From: Octopus sinensis
Taxonomy: Eukaryota
Assembly: GCF_006345805.1 (NCBI RefSeq)
Contig: NC_043001.1
Coordinates: forward strand, 51,336,001-51,400,000
DNA: 64,000 nt
Direction of reading: 5' to 3'
Shown: positions 14,207-26,160 of the stretch, one piece after another
Position numbering within the stretch: position 1 is the first letter of the stretch
How the letters are laid out: each line of letters starts with the position of its first letter
Notes under the pieces: model-generated
Databases searched by the model: none
The model's input: only the letters and a program-made list of their open reading frames with translations
What the model was told of the DNA's origin: nothing
Program-made: the position numbers and the translations under genes

Positions 14207-14649
14207 TATATATATATGTGTGTGTATATATATATATACACACTCACAAACACACAAACACTTGCAAACATACATATACACACATACATGCATACATACA
14301 CACGCACATGCATACATACACACGCACACATGCACACACACACATAGGTAACTGCAGTGAATTTGCCTTTTAGCAGTTAAAATATGTCACAAACATATTT
14401 TAACTGACCTAATCTTTGTATATGTGTGTGTGTGTGTATAGCCATTCATTATTGACTGTAGGAGTTAGTAAATATAGATATAAGCACAAGCATGGCTGTG
14501 TAGTAAGAATCCTACTTTCCAACCACATGGTTCTGGGTTCAGTCCCACTGTGTGGCACCTTGGGCAACAAGTGTCTTCTACTATAACCTTAGGTTGATCA
14601 AAGCCTTGTGAGTGGATTTGGTAGAGAGAAACTGAAAGAAGCCTGTCGC

Positions 14650-14687
<38 letters not shown>

Positions 14688-14919
14688 GTGTGTGTGTGTG
14701 CGTGCATGTGCATATGTGTATCTTTGTGACTATGTTTGTCCTCACTACCACTTCAGAACTGATGTTGGGTTGTTTACATCCCTGTAATTTAGCAGTTTGG
14801 CAAAACACACTAATAGAATAAGTACTGGGAATGATTCATTCAACTAAAATATTCTTCAAAGTGGTGCTCCATCATGGCCACGGTCTAATGACTGAAACAA
14901 ATAAAAGATAAAAGATATA

Positions 14920-15037
14920 TATACATATATATAATATATATATATACATATATATACATACATATATATATATACATACATATATATATACATATATACA
15001 TACATATATATATATATATACATACATATATATATAT

Positions 15038-15086
<49 letters not shown>

Positions 15087-15087
15087 C

Positions 15088-15137
<50 letters not shown>

Positions 15138-15198
15138 ATATATATACATATTATACATACATATATATGCATACATATATATACATACATATACATAC

Positions 15199-15243
<45 letters not shown>

Positions 15244-15263
15244 CATATATACATATATACATA

Positions 15264-15335
<72 letters not shown>
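14920..15335. repeat. (TA)n/(TACA)n microsatellite
   Basis: Seen directly; ends 35 nt from the exon 15371 donor. Confidence 0.95.
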
Positions 15336-15337
<2 letters not shown>

Positions 15338-15370
15338 CACAAAGTGTTCGTAGTAGTTGATTACAAATAC

Positions 15371-15506
15371 CTTTGGAGCAGCAGTAGCTGGTGTTGTCTC
15401 TTGCTCCTTTAGTGTTTGCTCCTTTATCCCCAATACTAGGCTGTTGTCCACACTAAGTAACTTGTTCTTAAAAAATATCAGATCCTCTGTTTCAAAGTCA
15501 TATTTC
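15371..15506 (-). CDS. CFAP44: CFAP44 exon (last found in window): [22 protein letters not shown]...TPATAAPK
   Basis: caatag|G acceptor and AAG|gtattt donor; 136 nt. AA|G completes Lys from the 28114 exon. Similar to RFQYDEETLLNFK. Confidence 0.85.
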
Positions 15507-16169
15507 CTATTGAAAATAAGTAGAAATAAGTATATTTGAGAATGACGAATGTTTGAACATTATCAAACATAGATATTGCAACACAGGCATTGAAAATGTG
15601 AAGCATGAGCTCTATCAATTTCATATAAGTTCTGGATAATAAGATGTCAAATGACATAAGATAAGACTTTGTAACACAATTTTTTGTCCTTGGGTAGCAA
15701 CTGTTATTTCCTATTTGCTTACCCCTAGAAAATATGAAAAATGGCTAATATTTCCTTCAAACTTTGCTTTTGTTGCATTTATTCAAACCCCCAAAGAGTC
15801 CCTATCAATACATGACTATAATGCTCCTCCACTATTCTTGCTCATGATCAGAGATGCACATATTATCAGACACTAAGGGACATATGCAAGTGATTAAGGT
15901 CAAGCAAGTGACAAGGAAATCTGTGGTATTGAGCAGAATATTTGTTATATTGATATTTCTGCTTCAGCAACTCAGCACTGAATTTGTCTGAAATGTAATG
16001 AAAAATAGGTCAGTTTCAAAACACTGATGTCCAGGTCACAAAAGCAAACTTTGAAGGGAATAGTAGTCATTTCCTTTGATTTCTAGATAGAAGCAAATAG
16101 GAAATAACACTTACTGACCAAAAACACAAAAAAACCCTCAAAAATCATTTTGTTACAGTATCTGTTACA

Positions 16170-16435
16170 GTGACTGGCTTCTGTGCTGGTGGCACGTAAA
16201 AAGCACCAACTGATCATAGCCGTTGCCAGCCTCTCCTGGCACTTGTGCCAGGGGCATGTAAAAAGCACCCACTACACTCACGGAGTGGTTGGCGTTAGGA
16301 AGGGCATCCAGCTGTAGAAACGCTGCCAGATCAGACTGGAGCCTGGTGCAGCCTCCTGGCTTCCTAGACCCCAGTCGAACCGTCCAATCCATGCTAGCAT
16401 GGAAAACGGATGTTAAACGACGATGATGATGATGC
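16170..16435 (+). mobile_element. Short RTE 3'-UTR copy (extreme 5' truncation or RTE-tail SINE)
   Basis: Same as 25680-25856 (cggagtggttggcgttaggaagggcatcc...ttaaacgatgatg). Others at 28430-28620, 51490-51910 (+) and 58740-59070 (-). Confidence 0.8.
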
Positions 16436-17742
16436 CTCTATAATTAATTCTATCTAAGGCATCTCTTTTACCCATGTAACTATTGACCATGATGATGCTA
16501 CACCAGTCAGTGGGGATTATGCTTTCCTGAATGACCTGATTTACTATACAGGTGATTAGGCCATATCCTACTCTACCAGATATTTTAAGCACCTCAACAG
16601 TGACTGCTGATGGACCAGAGGCTTTCCCTGTCTTCATATCTTTAATTGCCTTATCTACCTAACCGCTGTCCACTAAGAAGCTGGTCCTTCTGTTGTGTTC
16701 ACATGGGGGCTGCTCCCTTTCTCATATTCATCCTCCACATCTAATAGCCTTTCACAGTCACTCTTCCACACCTCTTTCTTTTCAAAATCACTAAATGCAA
16801 GCATATTATTATCCATCCATACATACTTATCTCTCACAATACCTCGATACTCTCTGGCACACAGTCCAGCAATCTGGAACACCTCAAGTCTCTGATCTTC
16901 ATGCTGCAAGACATTGGCAAACTTCTTCCTTTCTCTTTTTGCCTGAACTAGATAAATGAGATCCCTAACTTCCCTTTTAGCTATCTGATATACTTCTTCA
17001 TTACCCATACTTTTATACTCTTTCCAAACCTGTCTCTTCCCTTTTATAGTCCTGTCAACCTCACTGTTCCAACACAATGTTGCACTTGATCTTGCTGAAC
17101 CTTTGCTCCAACCACAGATTTCATCTATTGCCCTGAGTAGATTATCCAGTAAGAACTTCCAGTCGTCCTCTATGTCATATCTCTCTGTCTTTTCCTCCTC
17201 ATCAAATGCTTCATTGAGAACATCTCTAAATTTCTGCCTATTTGAAGGATTCCTTATCTCCTGTAACCTCATTTTCCAAAGTGGTTTGTATCTCTGGGTC
17301 CTTCAGGCCCTAAGTCGTTAACCACTAACCTACGTTGAATTGCACATTCTTCACATGAGAAGGATTTTGCATTTACAAGCAACTGCCTGTCCAGGTTTCT
17401 GGTGAGAATGAAGTCAATCTGGCTAGCGAGCCCACCAGATTGGTAAGTGATGAAATGGCTGGCAGTTTCCTAAAGTTTATATTGCAAACCAGTAAGTCAT
17501 TATATCATAAAACTCCAGCAGCTTTGTTCCTCCTCATTTTTGGAGCCAAAGCCATAACCTCCAAGCATTCCATAAAATCCGACCATTGAAGTCCCAGCCA
17601 TGATGATAATGTCTTTGTCCTTTGTCATCGTGGTAGTCTGCAAAAAATATTAATAGAAATGATCCTTCTGATCATCTGCCAATTTGATATGTGGAGCATA
17701 TGAACAGATAAATGACACTGTTATATTGAACAAGGCTATTCT

Positions 17743-17760
<18 letters not shown>
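16436..17760 (-). mobile_element. RTE LINE fragment (APE to RT)
   Basis: ORF pieces MKTGKASGPS..., WCSIIMVNSYMGKRDALDRINYRGI, FRDVLNEAFDE. Confidence 0.88.
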
Positions 17761-17797
<37 letters not shown>

Positions 17798-19552
17798 CTC
17801 AGTTGACTTATGCTCTTGCTCATTTTATCTCCTGACCCTTACTAACACTTTGTAGCTGCTGCCTGGTTTTTTTCTTTTTTCTTACTGTTTTTCTCCTACT
17901 ATTCTACAATATAAACTACAAAATTTATACATGATATATCTCTGATCATGAGCAGGAATAGCAGGGGAGCATTGCAGTCATGTGTTGAGAGGGATTCTTT
18001 GGGGTTTGAATGAATGTAGCAAAAGCAAAGTTTGAAAGAAATATTAGCTTTTTTTCAAACTCTCTATTAATAAGCAAATAAAAAATAACAGTTGCTACCC
18101 AAAGACAAAGATCATGTTACACTGTGTAATTAATTCTATCTGATTATTCAATATAAAGAGCTAATAATGTTGGATGTAGAAGAGATTGTACAGTGCTGAA
18201 TTAAAATATAAGCTAAAAAATAAAAGAAACTGAAAAAATAGAAAATAGAAAAAGATGGTAGCTTAGTCTAGTAATCACCTGTTATTCCAGTGCTCCATCA
18301 TGAAAATCTACTGTCACCCCATAATGTGGTACTTTTAAGCCTACATTTGCTGCCCTCTACCTACCCAGGCCTTTGTTTCACTTCACTTAGCATCCTTGCT
18401 CCACCTCCGTTTCTCTACCTAATCATCTCTGCTCCTACCTTCCCTTTTGCCTAAGAGCTCTCCATCTATCATGTCCTTACCACCTGCTGCTGATCACATC
18501 ATCTTCATCACTGCCCACTTGCCCTTCAGTAGTATATAAGAAGCTGCATTAGGCTACCATCATCCTCTATCCAATACACTTTAACTTCACTATGCTGTGT
18601 TGCCAGCCAGCACTCCTATTCCTCTCTGAACAACCTCTGTTGCTACCCTTCACCTACTCTTGCCTTTATCTCAGCACCAACTTCTACTTTTGTCAACTGC
18701 TGTTATTGCCAGCTAGTAAAACCAGTGAGACTTCTTCATATCATATCTGACTGTTTTAAGAAAATCCCAGTACATATTGGAGAATGATACAGAAAGAGAG
18801 AATGGTTATGGTAGGAATGAGAGTCAGGACAAATTCTGTGAGGCATTCTATCAGATGCTCTAGACAGCTTGCTACCTTAATATAAACGTTGAAGGTCAGT
18901 TAGTAGACAGAAAGAAAAGCAGTGTACATTTTGCCTACTATTCAGCTTTCTTTTTTTCTCTTTCTAGGAGTAAGCAAATAGGAAATAGCAGTTGCTAACC
19001 AAGGGCAAATGTTGTACTGCACAGTTATGCTTGGCTGGTTCGGTCTAAAGAAACTGAAACAAGTGCAAAGGTGTCCTGGACAACCAAAGATTGGACTCAG
19101 TTCTCATGGTATTCCTCACTTCATGTGGATGGGCAGGCTCAGAAATAGTTGTGCGGTTACAAAGTTCATTTTGTAATCGTATGATTTTAAGTTCATGTCC
19201 ACAGTGCAGTATTTTCAGTGAGTGTCTTTTAGTGAACCAACAAAAGCCTTGTAAGCTGATTTAGTCAATGAAAACGAAAAGAAGCCTGTCATGTGTGTGT
19301 AGCATATGCATATCACTCTTTCTCTTTTTCACTCTTTTACTTGTTTCAGTCATTTGACTGCGGCCATGCTGGAGCACCGCCTTTAGTCGAGCAAATCGAC
19401 CCTGGGACTTATTCTTTGTAAGCCCAGTACTTATTCTATCGGTCTCTTTTGCCGAACCGCTAGTGACAGGGACGTAAACACACCAGCATCGGTTGTCAAG
19501 CAATGCTAGGGGGACAAACACAGACACACAAACACACACATACATATATATA

Positions 19553-20019
19553 TGTTAACAGCCCTTCTTATCTTGTTCTCCTTGTCCTGTCTCTCACTGT
19601 TATATATTTATTTTTCCACTGTTTATATATATATTTTTTACTGTTTATATGTTTGTACTGTCGTTACCGTCTTGCTTTTTTTTTTACCCCTCTGCGAAAA
19701 GATCTCAGAATTTTAATTGATTTGCTTTTCGCGGGAAGGAATTTTTCTTCGAAGTATACGTCTCGCTTTTATCCTTCGAAACGTTTAGTAGATGAAATCT
19801 TAGCGACTGAAGAAGGGGTTTTTTCGTTGTGCTTATTGTCCTGTATCTCTCTCTTTTTTTTGCTTGTCTTGTTCCTTGGTTTGTGTCTATGTGTTTCGTC
19901 TCTCTATGTGTTCGACGTCTTTTTGGTGTCCTGTACACATATATGCGTGTATATGTACATGTAGAGGTAGGTACGTACATATATGTTTATATATATGCAT
20001 ATGTTCTATTTTATTAACA
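19553..20019. mobile_element. Solo-LTR-like insertion in the (TA)n of a SINE
   Basis: Starts TGTTAA and ends TTAACA (TG...CA inverted termini), with TA-repeat flanks compatible with a TSD. Splits a family-A SINE into 19325-19552 and 20020-20210. Confidence 0.5.
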
Positions 20020-20239
20020 TATATATATATATATATATATACATATATACAACAGGCTTCTTTCAGTTTCCGTCTACCAAATCCACTCACAAGGCATTGG
20101 TCGGCCCGGGGCTATAGCAGAAGACACTTGCCCAAGATGCCATGCAGTGGGAATGAACCCGGAACCATGTGGTTTGTTAGCAAGCTACTTACCACACAGC
20201 CACTCCTGTGCCTAGCGATGTTTGTTTGCAATTTTGCAC

Positions 20240-20427
20240 AAAAACATGATTCTACAGTTCTATATTTAAGAGATGAGGAATTATGTACATTATTTACAGT
20301 TTGACAGATTTGTCCTCATCTTATTTGTTGTTAACACAACGTTTCAGCTGATATACCCTCCAGCCTTCATCAGGTGTCTTGGGGAAATTTCAAACCAGGG
20401 TTCTTATTTGTAAGATATTTTTCAATG

Positions 20428-20479
<52 letters not shown>

Positions 20480-20480
20480 C
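20240..20480 (-). mobile_element. 5'-truncated copy of the HHR-tailed SINE
   Basis: Tail colinear with 34750-34940; (TAA/TGA)n upstream; no tRNA head. Confidence 0.75.
20333..20378 (-). ncRNA. Minimal dimer-type hammerhead in a SINE tail
   Basis: Minus strand reads GACAC-CTGATGA-A-GGCTG(gagggtatat)CAGCT-GAAACGT-T-GTGTT: stem I GACAC/GTGTT, stem II of 5 bp, and stem III as the palindrome ACGT. Related copies at 32240-32285 (-) and 34805-34850 (+). Confidence 0.6.
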
Positions 20481-21318
20481 ATCATATTATGAGAGATATA
20501 TTAAGTTTCCGACCTGTTTCCTTCTTTCATTGTTTTTTTGCAAGTATTATCACCATCATGCCTTATTGTTTCCCCTTTTATTATCGTTGTCTTTCATCTC
20601 AAATGCTAGCTGAAGCATTTCTCCACAACATATAAACTCTCACTCACAGAAACTTATTCACACGACCGCAAAGCTTTTCATCTCAAATCTTGTCTTTCTG
20701 TCGCTTAAATCTCTACCCCATCTTTCCCAAATTTCACTCATAGAAACTTATTCACACGACTGCAAAGCATTTCGTCTCAAATCTTGTCTTTTTGTCGCTT
20801 AAATGTCTACCTCATCTTTCCCAGTGCGCGGTGCGCCCACCATCCCACACCCTCCACCTCTACCGGAAGTCCTTATCTCACCTTGTCTTCCTTTGCTTTT
20901 CTTCCATGAACACCTAAAGGCCTTAAGCCAATACCACCCCTACTATATAAGGTGGTGACCATACGACGCAAAACATGATAGTGTGGTGTAGCAGATTGAA
21001 CTTAAGATCATTGCTTTGCTTATGAATTCTGCCAAATGCGAGTTTTCTTCTTTTCAGGTACATGATGCCACTGTTCCCCGTCCCTGGGCCTCTAGGGCCC
21101 ATACCTTCCACACCCTCAGGGTGGGCACCCTCAACGTTGGCACACTGAAAGGTAGGTCTGGCGAGATAGTCGAGATGCTTGAACGGAGATATGTTGATGT
21201 ATGTTGCATGCAAGAAATAAGGTGGAGAGGAGGATCTGCTAGGTTCCTCACAGGCAAGGAACACAGGTACAAGATTTTCTGGGCAGGGAACACTGACGGG
21301 GTTGGTGGCGTGGGTAAA

Positions 21319-22588
21319 CGAGGGGCGTTCAATAAGTAATGTCCCTGACCCACTTGCAGTTGTTTGATCTAGCTGAAATTTTGCATGTGCACTTATTTAT
21401 ACCTCTATAGATTAAGTGGCGAATTACAGCTCTGAACTAATTGTGGTTTCTGATTTACAGGTGTTTGAACTGAGTCAAGTGTGAAATGGAGCCTGTTGAG
21501 TGTCGAGCAGTGATCTGGTTTTTGTATTTGAAAGGACGCACACCACGGGAGACTTTTGATGAAATGAAAGTAACTTATGGTGATGATGCCCCATCATATG
21601 ACCTTGTAAAACGCTGGCATTGTGAATTCAAACATAGTCGGAACTCTGTGGAAACAGCTCCCAGATCTGGTCGCCCCCTTCTGCCATTGATGAGATGTCT
21701 GTCCGTCAAGTTGAGGCTGCCATTTTGGAAGGTCAACGCATAACTATTCGCCAAATAGCCCATAAGGTCAAGATTAGTACCGGGTCTGTGGAAACTATCA
21801 TTCATGACCATTTGCATATGCAAAAGGTGTCTGACAGATGGATTTCCAGGTTGCTCACACCTTTCCAGAAGCAAGAACGCATTGAGTGCTCGAGGATGAA
21901 TTTGGAGATGTGCCGAGAAGATGCGTCAAAATTTTTCAAAAGACTGATCACACAGGATAAAACCTGGGTCCATCACTATGATCCATAGACCAAAGCCCAG
22001 TCAATGCAGTGAAAGCACCGTGACTCACCTCCTCCAAAGAAGGCAAGGGTGCAGCCCTCCGCTGACAAGGTTATGCTCACAGTCTTCTGGGACCAGGACG
22101 GAGTAGTGATGACAGATTTCCTGGCAAAGGGTACCACAATTACAGGAGCCTATTATGCTTCACTTTTGAGGAAATTAAGAGAAGCTATCAAAATCAAGAG
22201 GCGGGGCAAGATCAGTAAAGGCATCCTCCTCCTGCAGGACAACGCTCTGGTCCACAACTCGCGTGTCGCCAGATCAGAAGCACAGGCATGCAGCTATGAA
22301 CTCCTTCCCTTGCACCCTCTGATTTTCACCTCTTCTCAGCCATGAAGTTGATTTTGAAAGGAAAGCGTTTCCCAGATGATGCAGCCTTGATTTCTGAAGT
22401 CACGTCATGGTTGGAGGACCAAGCTGGGGTCTTCTACAAAAACGGTCTCCAGAGCTGTATCAAACGATGGGAGAAATGCATAACTCTGGGTAGTTCCTAT
22501 GTAGGAAAAGACTAATAACTGTGCCAAGTGTCGTTGCTCTACTGCTATGGGCAGTGGGTCAGGGGCATTACTTATTGAATGCCCCTCG
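21319..22588 (+). mobile_element. Full-length but inactive mariner (Tc1/mariner) DNA transposon
   Basis: TIRs CGAGGGGCGTTCAATAAGTAATG... and ...CATTACTTATTGAATGCCCCTCG. TA on the right, mutated to AA on the left. Transposase pieces RSGRP, TQDKTWVHHYDP and LQDNALVH, with stops and frameshifts. Confidence 0.95.
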
Positions 22589-25447
22589 TACTTATCGCTG
22601 AGAAATGGGTAGATAAAGTAATTGAGGTAATCAGAGTAAGTGACAGAATACTTAAGATTAGAATAGTGCTTCATCATAGATTAGCAACCATTATATCGGC
22701 CTATGCCCCTCAGCCAGGGCTACCCGATGGACAGAAAGACAGTTTCTATGACACCCTACTGCAGACCACCTCATTGACGAACGACAGGGACCTTCTCTTT
22801 GTGGCTGGTGATTTCAATGGGCATGTTGGACGACATGCTGGGGGCTTCCATTGGCGTACATGGAGGCTACGGTTATGGTTCCCACAATGAGGAGGGAACC
22901 AGGCTGCTGGAGTTCTGCGATGCGAATAGTCTTATGGTTTGCAACACTAACTTCAGGAAACCGACAAGCCACCTGGTCACCTACCAATCGGGCCGGCATA
23001 CTAGCCAAATCGACTACATCCTTGCCAGAAAAAGGGAAAGATGGCTGCTTATAAATGCCAAAACCTTCCCAGGCGAAGAATGTACCCCACAACATAGACT
23101 GGTAGTTAGTGACTTTAGGATCAGGACTAAGAGGGCGACTAGAAGACGACCAACATGGAGAAGAAGGGTCTGGAAGCTTAAAGACCCTGCGAATGGACAG
23201 AGATTTAGAGACATGTTACTTGAAGCCTTTGACGAAATGGAAGGGGGTATAGCTATGCATGGGGTAGAAGACAACTGGACGCTTCTGAGGGACAACCTGC
23301 TGAAAGCCACTGACCAGATCTATGGCTGGTGCAAAGTCCCTTTAAGACCCAAAATAACGTGGTGGTGGAACAATATTGTTGACAGGGCTATTAGACAAAA
23401 GAAACAGGCTTGGAAGGCCTGGAAGAACGGTGGTAGCAGGGAAGTGTATCAGACTGCCAGAAGGGAAGCTAGGAGACAGGTCTATCTAGCCAGAGGGGAA
23501 GCAGATAAGAAAAATTTTGCCAATGTCCAGCGCCGTGAGGATGAAAGACTTGAGGTATTTCGTGTTGCAAGACAGTGTGTGAGAGAGAATCGTGACGTGG
23601 TAGGAGAGAAATGTGTTCGCAAGGATGACGGTTCGCTTGCGCTAAATGAGGATGCAAAGAGAGAGGCTTGGAGACGCCACTATGAAAGGTTGCTGAATGA
23701 GGAAAATGAATGGGATAAAGAGAGTCTGCCGAATGTCGACCCAACAGAGGGACCAGCAATCCAAGTTAACAGTTCCTTAGTAGTTAAGGCAATTACAAGC
23801 ATGAAGACAGGGAAAGCCCCAGGCCCATCAGGAATTACTGCAGAGATGCTCAAAATATCTGGTAGTGTCGGCTATAGCATAGTCACTCGTATAGTTAACC
23901 AGGTGATACACGAAGGAGTCATACCCAATGACTGGTGTAGCAGCATAATAGTCAACTGCTACAAAGGTAAAGGTGATGCCCTAGATACAAATAACTACAG
24001 GGGCATCAAGCTGCTGGATTAGGTAATGAAGGTTACGGAGAGGGTTATAGCCCAATTAATTAGAGAGAGAGTTAGCTTAGATGAGATGCAGTTTGGGTTC
24101 ATGCCAGGGAAAAGTACTACTGATGCTATATTCCTGGTAAGACAGCTGCAGGAGAAATACCTAGCCAAAGATAAGCCCTTGTACCTGGCTTTTGTTGACA
24201 TGGAGAAAGCCTTTGACAGGGTCCCCCGATCCCTTATCTGGTGGTCAATGAGGAAACTAGGGATAGATGAATGGTTAGTGAGAGCTGTGCGAGCCATGTA
24301 CAGAGATGCTGCTAGTAAGGTGAGGGTTGGCAACGAGTACAGTGAAGAATTCCGTGTAGAGGTTGGGGTCCACCAAGGTTCAGTCCTCAGTCCCCTCCTA
24401 TTTATCATAGTCCTCCAGGCAATAACGGAGGAATTCAAGACAGGATGCCCCTGGGAGCTCCTCTATGCTGATGACCTTGCTCTAATTGCTGAGTCACTAT
24501 CAGAACTGGAGGAGAAGTTTCAGGTGTGGAAGCAAGGTCTAGAATTGATGGGCCTCAGAATCAATCTAGCCAAAACCAAAGTCCTAATAAGTAGGAAAGT
24601 AGACAAGTCACAAACGCCTTCAGGTAGATGGCCCTGCTCGATCTGTAAAAAAGGTGTAGGTAGAAACTCTATAAGGTGAACAAGCTATGGACACATAAGA
24701 GGTGTAGCAATGTCAAAGGAAGGCTAACTGCAGGTGACAAAAGGCCTCTCGTTCAGAGTAAAAGGCACACTGTATGATGCATGTGTACGTACAGCCATGC
24801 TACATGGTAGTGAAACATGGTCCGTGACTGCTGAGGATATGCGTAAGCTCACAAGAAATGAAGCCAGTATGCTCCGATGGATGTGTAATGTCAGTGTTCA
24901 TAATCAACAGAGTGTAAGTACCTTGAGAGAAAAGTTGAACCTAAGAAGCATCAGTTGTGGTGTGCAAGAGAGACGGCTGCACTGGTATGGTCATGTGACG
25001 AGAATGGCTGAAGATAGTTGTGTGCAAAAGTGCTACACCCTAGCAGTTGAGGGTACCTGTGGAAGAGGTAGACCCAGGAAAACCTGGGACGAGGTGGTGA
25101 AGCACGACCTTCGAACATTAGGTCTCACCAAGGAAATGACTAGAGACCGAGACCTATGGAAGTATGCTGTGCGTGAGAAGACCCGGCAAGACTAGTGAGG
25201 CCATAACCCGTGGCCCCTACCTGGGACGTAGTCAGTCCACCTGTGCATACCTTCCTTCTTGTGACACTTGTGAAGATCTGTTGAGGCAAGTGAAAACCAA
25301 ATCAAAATAGATGAACATCAATGGAATTTGTATCTTTGTGGTACCAGTGCCGGTGGCACATAAGAAAACCATCCTAACATGGCCGTAGCCAGTACCGCAT
25401 TGACTGGCCTCCGTGCTGTGGGCACGTAACAAACACCATCCGATTGT

Positions 25448-25690
25448 GGCCTTTCGCCAGCCTCGTCTGGCACCTGTGTCGGTGGCACATAAAAAAACAC
25501 CATCCGAGCGTGGCCGTCTGCCAGCCTCGTCTGGCACCTGTGTCGGTGGCACATAAAAAACACCATCCGAGCATGGCCGTTCGCCAGCCTCGTCTGGCAC
25601 CTGTGTCGGTGGCACATAAAAAACACCATCCGAGCATGGCCGTTCGCCAGCCTCGTCTGGCACCTGTGTCGGTGGCACATAAAATCACCC
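25448..25690 (+). repeat. ~63-bp minisatellite, about 4 units, in the RTE 3' UTR
   Basis: Unit ggccgttcgccagcctcgtctggcacctgtgtcggtggcacataaaaaacaccatccgagcat. Confidence 0.92.
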
Positions 25691-26118
25691 ACTATACTCT
25701 CGGAGTGGTTGGCGTTAGGAAGGGCATCCAGCTGTAGAAACACTGCCAGATCTGACTGGCCTGGTGCAGCCTTCGGGCTCCCCAGACCCCAGTTGAACCA
25801 TCCAACCCATGCTAGCATGGAAAGCGGACGTTAAACGATGATGATGATGATGATGATTATTATTCAGGTCACAACATCGAAAAATACCTTAGGAATGTCT
25901 TAACAACAAACAAGATGAGTACAAAATCCGTCAAAATGTAAATAATGTAAATACATGATTGACTGTAGTGCTGTTTTCCATTCAAAAGAGTAGTAGAAAT
26001 ATTATTTGCTTGGAGACAGGAGTGCATTGATGACAGAAAGAGCATCTGACCATAGGAAATAGGTCTCAATGAATTTTGGCAAAGCATGGTAAAGTGGGGG
26101 TTAAAACGATGATGATGG

Positions 26119-26160
<42 letters not shown>

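Larger units (their letters stand above)
20620..25856 (+). mobile_element. Near full-length RTE-clade LINE (APE, RT, Cys/His finger, long 3' UTR ending in (GAT)n), interrupted by a mariner
   Basis: TLNVGTL/CMQEIRW, GDFNGHVG and QIDYIL (APE); QFGFMPG, DMEKAFDRV, QGSVLSP and YADDL (RT). Frameshift near 22857, TAG at 24020, internal deletion near 24735, tail ...ttaaacgatgatgatg. Confidence 0.93.

Noticed and set aside
18280-18760. Pyrimidine-rich block with TATATAAG, possible solo LTR
   Set aside because: No TG...CA termini or TSD could be identified.
25448-25690. CRISPR-like regular repeats (also 35820-36150)
   Set aside because: No unique spacers, eukaryotic context, no cas genes; ordinary minisatellites.
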